Assembly: GCA_028534125.1 (NCBI GenBank)
Contig: CM052816.1
Span: forward strand, 76,138,001 to 76,202,000
Direction of reading: 5' to 3'
DNA: 64,000 nt
DNA from: Lama glama
Taxonomy: Eukaryota
In this document: in pieces, positions 1-11,360 of the stretch
How the letters are laid out: the number at the start of each line of letters is the position of its first letter
How positions within the stretch are numbered: the stretch's first letter is position 1
Notes under the pieces: generated by a model
What the model saw: only the letters and a program-made list of their open reading frames with translations
What the model was told of the DNA's origin: nothing
Databases searched by the model: none
Translations under genes and position numbers: made by a program

Positions 1-1713
1 CAGCTGAGGGAAGCTGTCTCCACTGACAGAAGATTCCAGGGAGTGTGATGATGGAAGGAAAACGGTCTGAATGTTGAGATATGTTAGCAGAACTCAGAGC
101 CAGTCACTGACTGAAGGTTTTACTAGATCTCAAAAAGAACTTATCCCCCATACATGTATCGTTGCTTTTGTTGTTGATATCCTGTCTTGGTGGCTTGCTT
201 ATAATTAGAATGGTTAGATCTTTTATATATGATTTGTAATATATTATGTGATCATTATCTGATTATGAGTTTAAAGTCCTGTGATGCATTTTTATGGCAT
301 ACAAAAACTGATTTATATATCAAACTCAGTGAATGGCTCCTCACTTGTTCATAGAAATAGCTTCAGCAAAAACTAATCAAGAGTTTAATCAAAGTTTAAC
401 TTGGTAAACCAACAAAGATTTCCAAAAAGATGCATATTTTAAATAATTTCCCAGAATCTTAGAGGGATGTGGAATTGTGAGAGTAGAAAGGATCAGGATG
501 ACAGTCCCAGCTAAAAGACACACACACACACAAACATACACCCCAGAAACGAAACAAAACACAAGCAAATAGAGTGATTAGAAATTTCAACAAAAGAATT
601 ATTTGACTAACAACAACAATAAAGTTCCCATTCTCCAATTTTGTGTTGTCTTTAAACTGTCTTAATAATAGCATCTAAATGTAGTGTTGGTTAGACTGAA
701 ATAAACACAGAGTTGTTTGGGAACACGTGAGTACAAGCCGCAGGATGATTCATTTATATTTACATATGGGACTTCACTCACCACAGAGGGCTCCAGGATT
801 TACCAGAAATGTTTGGATGTTTTATAGTTTTTGGCTACTCTAATTAAAAAAAAATTTTTTTTTTTTTGTTTTCAGCAAGCGTGGGCACTGTCTGCATGCC
901 ACTTTGAAATAGTACTAACTCAGTCATCATTGCTAATTTACTCAACTAAAGGAAACATGTCTTGGCCTCTAGTAAGATAAGCACCATGTGGTTTTACAGA
1001 ATTAGAACCCTAGGAGGGAAGTTAGCCTGGCATTTCCTACCCAGAAGCAGTTGATTTAGAACTCCAAAGGTTAAGCTAGAGGTCACTTGAGTTTAAATAT
1101 CTTAGCACAAAAGTCAACCTAAAAGGGAATATAGGAAAAAATCTAGGAAAATTATTGCACCGTCCTCTTTAAGATCTAAGGTTAGTAAATGAAATTCCAA
1201 AGGTCACATAGTTCAGACAGCAGCATGGCATTTACCACTGGAATGAACACCGCCAGAGAACCTCAGAGTCACAGAGAAAAATACATCAGGGAATCTGTTC
1301 AGACATAATAACATTATTGTAGGTTCTTTATGGCTAATATCAATTGATCAACTTCTCTTTATCTGTCACTGAATACAAATGGGAAAGATTGTCCTACGGA
1401 CTTAGCTCTTGGTTTTCTAAGCACAGAAGGTAATTTATCAGAAGTGATACTATCCTTCAGACAGGGGTGAGGAGGAGAAATTGATTTCTATGAGATCCCC
1501 GTGCTGCAGACCTCACCTTTGCCCCATTCTCTGCTTCCTGAGTCAGATTCCTGGGAGGGGTTGGATGCAGTGAGCTGCTCAGGCTCACTGCCCACCATGT
1601 GGGCAAAAGAGATTTGTTTGATGGGTGGATAGGGAGCACCAGTGCCCAGAGCTCCCTCAGAATTGAATGGTCCACTCTGTAGGAGCTGGGATTTTTTCCC
1701 CCCAAATTCTATG

Positions 1714-1917
1714 ATAGTACTATCCATTGGAACTTTTTGCCATGATGGAAGAAATGTTCTATAGTCTGTGTCCAGTAGGGTAGCCACTAGTCACTGACGG
1801 CTATTGAACACTTGAAATGTGTGATTGAGAAACTGAATTTTTAATTATATTTAATATAATTAATTAAAATTTTAAATGTCTGTATTTGGCTAGTGGTTAC
1901 CATATTGAAATGTACAG
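1714..1917 (+). mobile_element. MER3 non-autonomous hAT-Charlie DNA transposon
   Basis: Follows recalled MER3 consensus end to end: gtagccactagtcac, cacttgaaatgtg, gaaactgaatttttaattatattt, ggctagtggttaccatattg. Confidence 0.85.
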
Positions 1918-2120
1918 AATTTTTATAGTATCTTGACATCAATATGACCTTGACTGAAACTTTTTGAATATCATGTAGGATAAAACATTGTGCTTTATAT
2001 TAAAAGCACTAGTAAGAGAAGATTTATAAAATGATTTGGGCATTGATATGAAAAGAATTTTTCTTTGGGGGAATGAAGCCTTATCAAATAAAGACAATTT
2101 CAGGAACAGATCTCAAAACA

Positions 2121-2281
2121 TTAGTTCATTAATTTAATATTTATTGAGAGGTTGTTAAGCAGGATGCAGTGGAATATGTGTTAGGAACACAAAGAGGAGA
2201 TACTTTCTGCTCTTAATAAGCTCACAGTCTAGTGGGAGAAAGAGACCAATCAGATATTTAAAATATAAGATGATAAGCACT
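2121..2281 (-). mobile_element. L2 LINE 3' end relic
   Basis: ttcatt..atatttattgag..gctcacagtctagtgggaga is the typical reversed L2 3' terminus. Confidence 0.65.
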
Positions 2282-4553
2282 AGTTTAAAATTTTTGGCAT
2301 ACGGTGTTATAATCCAGGTGTTAAGTACTATGAGGGATGAATGAGAAAATCTCTGCTTTTAAGAATTTTTACTCTAAACTCTTATACTAACAACTCATTT
2401 GTCTCCCCCAAATATAGATCTGTTTTGGAACCAGCAATGTAAAGTTCTTTCATTTCCTAGTTCTGAGTAAAACTAATGTCAATTATTGCGATTGTGATTG
2501 ACATACATTTTTAAAGAACAGTTTGCTGCTCTGTAGATCAAAGTTTGTTGGCTTGTCACCTAATGAGTGGGCCTATATTAGGTCTTGTGTACTGTTCACA
2601 CCCCTGTAAGTGAAGTTTCCAGCAGGAGGACAGGAATGAGGATACACAAGACAGGATGAACACTGTGTAGCTGATGCTTTGGTCACTCTCGACCTAGTAC
2701 CTTGCTCACCTCTGCAGTGATGGGTCACCTGTGCAGGATGACAGTCTAACCTCAGGGACCTGTCCGCTCTTCTGCCCCAGGGCCTTTTCTGAAGCTGTGG
2801 AGCACACACTCAGCACATGCAAGCATGTTAATATCCTTAGGAGTTACTCTCAAAAACGGCAGACAGAAATCAGTGTCTAAATGCCCTGGTCCCAATCCTC
2901 GGATGGATGTTTCTGAGAAATAGTTTGTTCACTTCTCCAAGATCCTGGAACATTTTCTAAAATAAAATCAAAACTGAAAACATGAATAAAAACAAAAAAA
3001 CTCCCCCCAAACTACCTAAAACACAAACGAAAACCCAAACAAAAACAGAGAGGACTCCCATTGCTTATAGCAGTAGCCTTGGATTTTCTTCTTTTCATAA
3101 CTCTCTCCCTTATACCTCAGTCCTACTTTTTACCTTGTGAGATGACCTCACAAATAAACTATCGTGCTTAAGTCCTTGTCTATGAGTTGAGTAGGTTGAT
3201 AGTTTAAGCCCTGGTTAGCAGTTTAATTTGTGTATGTGTGTGTGTGGGGTCTATGCTCAGAATAACTTAAAAATATAAAAATATATCAGTGAATCTCAGA
3301 ATATATCCTGAATTCTTTCATTTCTCATTGTTCTAGGATGTTCATTGTTTTCCCCCAAGTCCGTCACATTTTTTAAAAAGCAAAATCCCCCTCCTTGTAT
3401 ATGCCCTCTCTCTGTGTTGATAGCATTTGAAGGCTTATCAGGCTCTTGTCTTCGTAGATCAAAGAAAAAGCCAGTTAAACGTGAATTTATAATAACTTTA
3501 TCCATTCATAGGAAAACCAGACTGGAAAGGAAAACAGCAAAAACTCACCTTTGTGGCCCCTTTTATTCTTGCATAAAACATTTTCATGCTTTCATTTTGA
3601 AAGACATAACATTTCTCTCTTTCTCATGCTGTTTCTCTCACACTCTTTCTCTCTCTCTCTCTTTTTTTTTTTTTTTGAGACTATCATCCTGGCTTTTTGA
3701 TATTGTTTTTGCTTTCGAGCAATTGTAATCATTTCTTTTAAAATTGTTAGTGACTCCCATACCAATAAATGACCACGTTTCTGTTTATTGACATCAGCCT
3801 GCATGCCATGTTTCAGAAACTCTGGTTCACTTTGTTTTTCCTCCATTAGTGGTCCACTTGCTTTGGAACAGGTTTTTAATAGGTTCTTAAGTGAGGTTGA
3901 TGGGGATCCTTTCTGGGGATGATGACAGTGACTAAGAGGTAGGTCATTATTATAATCTTACTAATTTTAATAATTCAAGACTGTTACAGTTCTAAGGAAA
4001 TTGGTAGAACACATTAATCATGTGTTGTAATTTCTCTTTCTGACTTTAGTTTTTATTTCTCATTGCTGTGAGTGATATTTGATGATATTACTTTTAACAC
4101 CTAGGATGTTTTGATACTCTCTAATTGAGAAGAAATCAGTAATTCCTAGTGCCAGTAAAACAATTACAACTGACTAGGCTTATTAACTGTAGGGGCATTA
4201 AACAACGTAGGCAGTGATACACATTAGAGTGGAGGTAAGGCTAACTCCAGGTCTTCCAAATCATTCATTGACTGTAGCAGATTCTAGGAAACTTTTTAAG
4301 CAGATCCTGAAGTTCAAGAAAGAAAACAGTGATGTCAGGTTTTAGTAGGTCAGGCAAGCACTACTCTGGTGTGGAGACTGACTCATCAATTCCAAATGTG
4401 TGTCTTGTCTTTTTTATACTAGAAAAGGTAATCATTAAATTTTTTTCCTTTTACTCAAATGATTTTAAGCAGGGTGCTTTGGATACAAAAACTATTAGAA
4501 GCTCTCCACAAAGTGCTGGTTTTGAGGATTGATCTGAGCGGTGAGTATGTATC

Positions 4554-5015
4554 TGTTATATTAGTTGTCAGTTGCTGTGTAGAACATTACTCCAAACTTA
4601 GCAGCTTGAGATAAAAAAGCATTATCTCACAGTTCCTATGGAGCAAGAATCTGAGCGTGGTATACATAGCTGGTTGCTTCAAGGTCTCTTGTGCAGTTTC
4701 AGTCAGCAGTTGGCCAAGCCAAGGGTGGTTTCAGAGTTCAATTAAGGGAGGGTCATCTTCCAAAGTCACTCACATAGACGTCTTCATAGATGTGCTTCAT
4801 GAAATGACAGCTGCTTCCTCCAGGATGAGCTTTCCAGAGAGACAGAGAGCACCCAACAGAGAAGCTTCTGTCTTACAACCTAATTTTGGAAATTCCCATC
4901 AAGTGTGCTGTATTCTACTTGTGAGTAGCTAGCCAGTCAGTTCAGCTAAACTCAAAAGCTGGAGGAGGAGGTGGGAATTACTGTGAGAGGCCATCTGAGT
5001 GTAGCCTGCCTTATC
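4554..5015 (-). mobile_element. MaLR solo LTR (MLT1 family)
   Basis: Reversed MLT1 3' end (tattagtt..ttgctgtgt..ccaaacttagcagctt..attatctcacagttc); subfamily uncertain. Confidence 0.75.
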
Positions 5016-5771
5016 TTATTACACTCCATCTACGGGCAGATTCACACACGCACAAATGTGAAATGCATACAGTTATCTAAAAATCACATGATTTATACTT
5101 GTGAAATATCTCATAAAATTTGATAAACTGTTTTGATGTTAAATTGTTTGCCTAGATTTGGGCCATTTAGATCGCATCACTCCTCGTCAAATTACATTTG
5201 GCCTTGCTAAATGGAGAACATTTTTTGAGATACTTGTAACTTTTCTGAACAAACACAGCCTAGAAAAAAAAAATCCCAAATCTCTTAGACTCCAGATTTA
5301 CTGTCTCTTTTCCTGTTATATTTAAAGAGTTTGAATAATACAGTTCACTGTTTGTAATAAAATGTCCCATAGAAATTCATGAGCTATAATGTGTTTATTT
5401 TTGAGAAAATAATAGCCACTTAGGCGAATTCAAAATGTATGTTCTTTTTCTAACCTTTTTATTAAAAACAAGTGTCAAGAGAGCTGGCTTGGTGGTTAGG
5501 GAAGGAGAAGGGTGGGGGAGACTTGTTAACATACCTTGTGTAGCAGTGATGCTGATGTGTTTCTGGGAAATGGTGGGGCTGATGGTAGGAACACAGGGAA
5601 ACAAGGTAAATTGTGGTCATGTCGAGAAACGGCTAATGGCTTTATCACCTAGTTTGATTGGGGCTTGACAGGAATTTTAGGAATTCACAGAAGTCTTTTG
5701 GGAATTTAGGCAGTTTAGAAACTCCAAATGGGAATTATATGGAGCCTTCAAACTGAGGATTAGAGATACTG

Positions 5772-6361
5772 TGTGATAGACTGAATAATGGTCCACCAAG
5801 GATGTTCATGACCTAATCCCTGGAACCAGTGAATACGTTACTTTACACGGCAAAAGGGACTTTGCAGATGTAATGTTTACAGACCTTAAAATAGAGGATT
5901 ATTTTGGATTTTCCAGGTGAACCCAATCTTAAATAAATTCTTAAAAACAGAACTTTCTTATGCATAGTCAGGAAAGAGATGCAACAGAAAGAGAAATCAG
6001 AGAGCTTCCAAGCATAAGAAGGATTTGGTGTCCTGTTGTGGGTTTTGAGATGTAGGGCGCCACATAGAAGGACTAGAGAGAGGCCTCTAGCGGCTGAGGG
6101 TAGCCCCCAGCTGACATCCAGCAAGGAGGTAGGGTCTCAGTCCTACAATTGAAAAGAACTGGATCCTACCAACATCCTCTGCAGGTGTGGAAGTAGATGC
6201 TCCCCCAGAGGCCCCCATAAGGAACAAAGCCCTCTTGACACCTTGCTTTTAGCTGGGTGAGTCTTGTGCTGGACTTGTACAGATCTGTGAGATGATCAAT
6301 TGATGTTTTAAGATGCTAGATTTGTGGTAATTTGTTATGGCGACAATTGGAAGCTACTACA
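5772..6361 (+). mobile_element. MaLR solo LTR, MLT1D/E-like
   Basis: TG...CA termini; ctaatccctggaacc, ggcaaaagggactttgcagatgt, cccccagctgaca..cagcaag, tttgtggtaatttgttatggc. Confidence 0.9.
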
Positions 6362-7200
6362 GATTGCAAGAGGCAAATCTCTTGAGGTTTCTAAAGCATA
6401 GTCAGGAGCCAAACAAGGCAACTGGTTAAGGGTGGCAGGGGTGAAATTTCCCTTAAGGTAGCAATATTTGACGGGAATAGAGAATCTAAGGTCTTTACAC
6501 AGTTCTACCTACCTAAGGATTTCAGAATATACAGAAAAGAGCGTAAGGGATATCCACAGAGGAAACTAATACGTCCATCCTGCAGAGCAAGGCCAGTTTT
6601 CTGAACTGAGCAGGCTGATCATCAGAACCTAGTTTATACTGCCTCTAGCCTTCGTATTGATTTGGGAGCATTTCAGCCCAGCCCAACGCTCAGGCCCCTA
6701 CAAGGATATTGAGAGCAGCTGGGAAGGGATGGAATGGAGAAAGGGCTGATGTTTAGATAATAAAAGAGGGTAGGAATAGAAGACAATAAGCTGAATGAGA
6801 ATAAACTTCATCAGTTAACACCCACAAAAGCAGGGTCATAGCATGAAAACAGACTCATCAAAGAGATATAAATCATGAGACAAGCAGACTACATTCAATG
6901 GAATAAAGTTAGAAATGAAAATGCTCCACCCTCTATTAAAGCAACAGGTGCTTCAGATTAGTGATGTAACAAACACATTCCTTGTCAAGATGAGACTTAG
7001 TCTCTCTTATTGTACCTTGTGTTTAATGGTACATCAGCAAAGAGGCTTTGTCCATAAGATTCAGATTAGGCTGGAATTTATTTCTAATATGTGCAGGGGA
7101 ACCTGGAAGTTTCTATTGCAGTGGTCCTACAGTGTGTAGAATAATGAAGACAAATGACCCAACACTGCTTCTGTTTGCAACATTTCTCCTGACAACTTGG

Positions 7201-8048
7201 TTTTTTTTTTTTTATTGAGTTACAGTCATTTTACAATGTTGTGTCAATTTCCAGTGTAGAGCCCAATTTTTCAGTTATACATGAACATACATATATTCAT
7301 TGTCACATTCTTTTTTGCTGTGAGGTACCACAAGATCTTGTATATATTTCCCTGTGCTATACAGTATAATCTTGATTATCTGTTCTATGTATACCTGTCA
7401 GTATCTACAAATTTCGAACTCCCAGTCTGTCCCTTCCCACCCCCCCACCTTGGTAACCACAAGTTTGTATTCTGTGTCTGTGAGTCTGTTTCTGTTTTGT
7501 ATTTATGTTCTTCTTCTTCTTCTTTTTTTTTAGATTCCATATATGAGCGATCTCATATGGTATTTTTCTTTCTCCTTCTGGCTTACTTCACTTAGAATGA
7601 CATTCTCCAGGGACATCCACATTGCTGCAAATGGCGTTGTGTTGTCCTTTTTTAAGGCCAAACAGTATTCCATTGTATAAATATACCACAACTTCTTTAT
7701 CCAGTCATCTGTCGATGGACATTCAGGCTGTTTCCATGTCTTGGCTATTGTAAACAGTGCTGCTATGAACATTGGGGTGCAGGTGTCATTTTGAAGTAGG
7801 GTTCATTTTGAAGTAGGGTTCCTTCTGGATATATGCCCAGGAGTGGGATTCCTGGGTCATATGGTAAGTCTATTCCTAGTCTTTTGAGGAATGTCCATAC
7901 TGTTTTCCACAGTGGCTGCTCCAAACTGCATTCTCACCAGCAGTGTAGGAGGGTTCCCTTTTCTCCATAGCCTCTCCAGCATTTGTCATTTGTGGAGTTT
8001 TGAATGATGGCCATTCTGACTGGTGTGAGGTGATACCTCATTGTAGTT
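7201..8048 (-). mobile_element. Young 5'-truncated L1: ORF2 C-terminus, 3' UTR and poly(A); inactivated
   Basis: Poly-T at 7201; ORF 7530-7772 ([36 protein letters not shown]) is the L1 ORF2 C-terminus; zinc knuckle carries C>Y and W>stop changes; probable short TSD gtttttt (7200-7206 / 8049-8055). Confidence 0.95.
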
Positions 8049-9749
8049 GTTTTTTATCTTATGGACATTGAGAATCTTGTAACAGTCATACTGCCTCAAT
8101 CGGCCGCTGAGATGCTCTGAGCCAAAATACAATCCATGAGGCTTGCATCCCTCTCCCTCATGTTTTCCTACCATTGTTTTGTTCTTGTGTTGATTTCTTC
8201 ATGTATTTATTTCTATTTTGTTGTATTTTGAGCATTTGGCCACCAATTTCAGGCTCCTTTTTAGAATAACACTAAGAAGAAAAGAGTAAAGGAGAAATAG
8301 AAATGAATGAAAAAAAAACAACAACAAGAAGCAGCATTTGTTTGCTGGAACAGATGGGTGGGCACAGCCAAAATATGTATACATATCTGCTTCTGTAGAT
8401 GTAACAGGGAAAAGTCCTAGTGAGTTAATTCCCAGTTGCACAGCCATTTGTAAATGTTCAGCATCATTGACTGGTTTGGAAATTTCAGCTGTGGTATTTC
8501 TGCTCCTTCGGGTGACTAGATTCTTGTTTGTTCATCTGATGAAAATCTTGCTTGACAGAGCAACTACCCATATGGACTTCCTTCCCACATTCTCCTGTGT
8601 TTTGAAAATACTCTAAGCTCTGTAGCAGATCAGGCACAATAAGCACTTCATAAATACTCATATGTTGAGATGGAGTTCTGTCTTTTTTGAAATCAACAGA
8701 ATTGAAATATGATGACAGTAGTGAAAAGAGGTAACAATAACTTCCCTTTTGTGGAATTTTATATCCTATGACGTACTTTCAAATACATTATTTTGTTTGG
8801 ATTAAAGATGCTTAGAGTGAAATATGTTTAGCAATTTATAAATCTTGATCAAAGCCAATGAAATTTCCAGCTGAATGTGTTCATATGTCTTATAAACCCC
8901 AAATTACAGGGTTTTTTTTTCTTATTTTTCTTCCCTTTTACATTTTTTCCCTTTGACATGTTTCTTCCTTTTATACTTTTCCATTCACTCATTACTTTAC
9001 TTATTCATTTATTTCTTCTTTTGATTTTTTGGTGCAAAAGTTTACTGTGACTTAAAATTCAAGAGGCAATGCTCCTCTACCTCTTTCACTTTCTGCTTCA
9101 TGAATTAGTAAGAGGATTTGGCAGAAATCTAATCTGTTTTCTCCTCTTTGTTGTGGAAGCATGGCCTGTGGTTCTATCCTGTTACAAGCCAGGACGGAAT
9201 CTAAGAAGGGCCTAGGTAGATGCAAGAGGCTTCATGAGCAAATTCATTCTTGCTATTTATTTACATCATCTCCTTCTCTTTCTGCTGATTCGCATCAGAA
9301 CAGCCTTTCCCCAAAACACAAAGATGAGATTGAATTCTTACTTAAATTGGTAGGGAAGAGCAGGGAGAAGGCAGGATGTTTCAGTGAGATCTCCTGTTGA
9401 ATTCTACCAACCCTTCCTAGAAAACTCTGCTTTTAGAAATTTAGGCACTTAACTAGTGGCTTATGAGATAGAATAATATCTTGAGATATTAATTGATACC
9501 CCTTCCCATAGCTCCTTGTATCTTGTGACTCTTCTTCATACCGAGGAAATGATGACATTCTCTACTATGCCTTAGGGAATAAATTAGACAGCAGCGTGTA
9601 GAGAACATAAATGGGTTTATATATAGCTTAAAAAAAAAACCCTGAGTTCATGACCTGAGACAAATTTCAGAGAAGAATGTATGATTGACACCCAGAGCAC
9701 AGAAATTTTCACTGACTGGGAGAAAGAAGAAAATTAAAATTAGAGAGTA

Positions 9750-9894
9750 GAGGCGGAGGGTATAGCTCAAGTGGTAGGGTGTATGCTTAGTATGCACGAG
9801 GTCCTGGGTTCAATCCCCAGTACCTCCTCCAAAAGTAAATAAAATAAATAAACCTAATTACTACCCCCCAAAAAGCAAAAATAAAAAAAATTTT
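9750..9894 (+). mobile_element. tRNA-derived SINE, camelid Vic-1-like, with 13-bp TSD
   Basis: Pol III A box tagctcaagtgg 9763-9774, B box ggttcaatccc 9807-9817, A-rich tail, perfect TSD aaattagagagta (9737-9749 / 9895-9907) at a tt/aaaa L1-endonuclease site. Confidence 0.92.
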
Positions 9895-10849
9895 AAATTA
9901 GAGAGTAAGCTAGACAATGTTGGGTGACTGAAAGGAGACCCTATGAACTTCTCTGCTTTGTGTTGAATCCAGGATTGGACAAAACATCTAGGAAACACGC
10001 AAAACAAAAACCTCACTAGATTCAGGAAGATCTGTAGTGGTGGTAAGACTTGTAGAAGCTTTCATATCTAGAATGGCATAGAAATACTTGAGTAAACATA
10101 GGTTTACAGAATGTCTGGACATGCAAACTTGATAACAGCTTCACAGAATTTACTCATATTCTGCTGATCTAGGAAACAACCAAGTGTTTTCAGTATGACT
10201 GGGAGAGTTTCAACATAACAGATAGAATCAGACCTGGAGAGGCCTTGGGGTGTGAATGAGGAGGGTGCTACTGACTGTAGAGACCAGTAACCAAAGGAGC
10301 CAATGCCAGTGTGAGTATTTGGTGATTACTAAGGGTCAGATTTCCATCCTGATTTCTTCCTTCTAAGTACAGAATCAGCCTTCCTCCTTTTAACTTGGAT
10401 TCAATTCCAGGGAGAAAATGGAACTCCCAGACTTGAACAAGTTGACCTAGAATTGACACGATTAAGTTTCTACCACAGAGTGGAATGTGAACATAAAAAA
10501 AAGTTTCATTTCTTGTATCCTGAGTTTGTGAGTTCAATGTCAAAACCATCTCATGTGATGAGAAAAAGCCATTTAAAGCTGTGGCACCAGCACTTCTCAT
10601 TAAAGATAACTGAATGAGTACATGAGTTTCTCTCTCGGCTCTCCTAAAGAGAATAGGAAACTATACCTATTGCAGCTTTGGAGTCTGAACATGTGGTCTC
10701 AACACTCATCTTACTTTTACAGTCCCTTCTCTTACGGACTTGAGTTTGGTGAGTTCAGAACTCTTAGAGTAAAAAGCTGCAACGTGAGTCAGTACCTGTT
10801 GCTGTCTTGGTACATGGTACAGTGGAGGGCCACTTAACTCAGTTTTGAT

Positions 10850-11360
10850 GTGTAAGGGAAGGTGACATCTAGGAATTATCATCTAATCTGGAAAATGAAT
10901 AAGATTATTGAGGTAAGAGTGGAGGGATGGGGAGTGAGATGATATCCCCTGTAGAAAGCAGTTTGTGCAAAGGTCTTGGAAATAGGAGTGTGTGTGTGTG
11001 TGTGTGAATGTGTGTGTGAATGTGTGTGTGTAATTCAGGCTGACTGGATATTAGAGTGCAAGACAGTAGGAGGCGGTCAAGGAGTAAGGCTAGGAAAGTA
11101 AGCAGGAGTAAGAAAGCGCTTATATTTTATATTAAGGAAATCGGCTTTATCTCGAGGGCAATGAGGAGCCACTTAAGCATTTTAAGCAGGGGAATGTCTC
11201 AAACTATAAAGTGGATAGTGAATAGGAGGTTTCAAGCTTGGTAGTTAGGAAGGCCATGTGGGGAACATTGTAGTAATCTGGGAAAGCCATGTTGATAGCC
11301 TGAATTAGGAAACTAAAAATTGGAATGATGAAATTGACAGATCTATGAGATATTCAGATC
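10850..11360 (-). mobile_element. L2 LINE relic with internal (TG)n microsatellite (~10988-11031)
   Basis: gtgcaaaggtcttgg, gctttatctcgagggcaatgaggagccact..ttttaagcagggga are L2 signatures. Confidence 0.75.

Noticed and set aside
1536..1549. 14-mer ttcctgagtcagat shared with 60232-60245 (AP-1 plus ETS-like)
   Set aside because: Several exact 14-mer matches are expected by chance in a 64-kb self-comparison.
1488..1787. 99-aa minus-strand ORF as a coding gene
   Set aside because: It starts inside MER3, the peptide is unrecognisable, and the splice signals are only moderate.
7281..7595. Similar plus-strand ORFs at 7281-7595 and 35401-35730 as a duplicated gene
   Set aside because: Both are antisense readings of the same L1 3' end.
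9750..9830. Functional tRNA gene
   Set aside because: tRNA-like A/B boxes are followed by an A-rich tail and flanked by a TSD, and a second diverged copy exists at 41.7 kb; it is a SINE.
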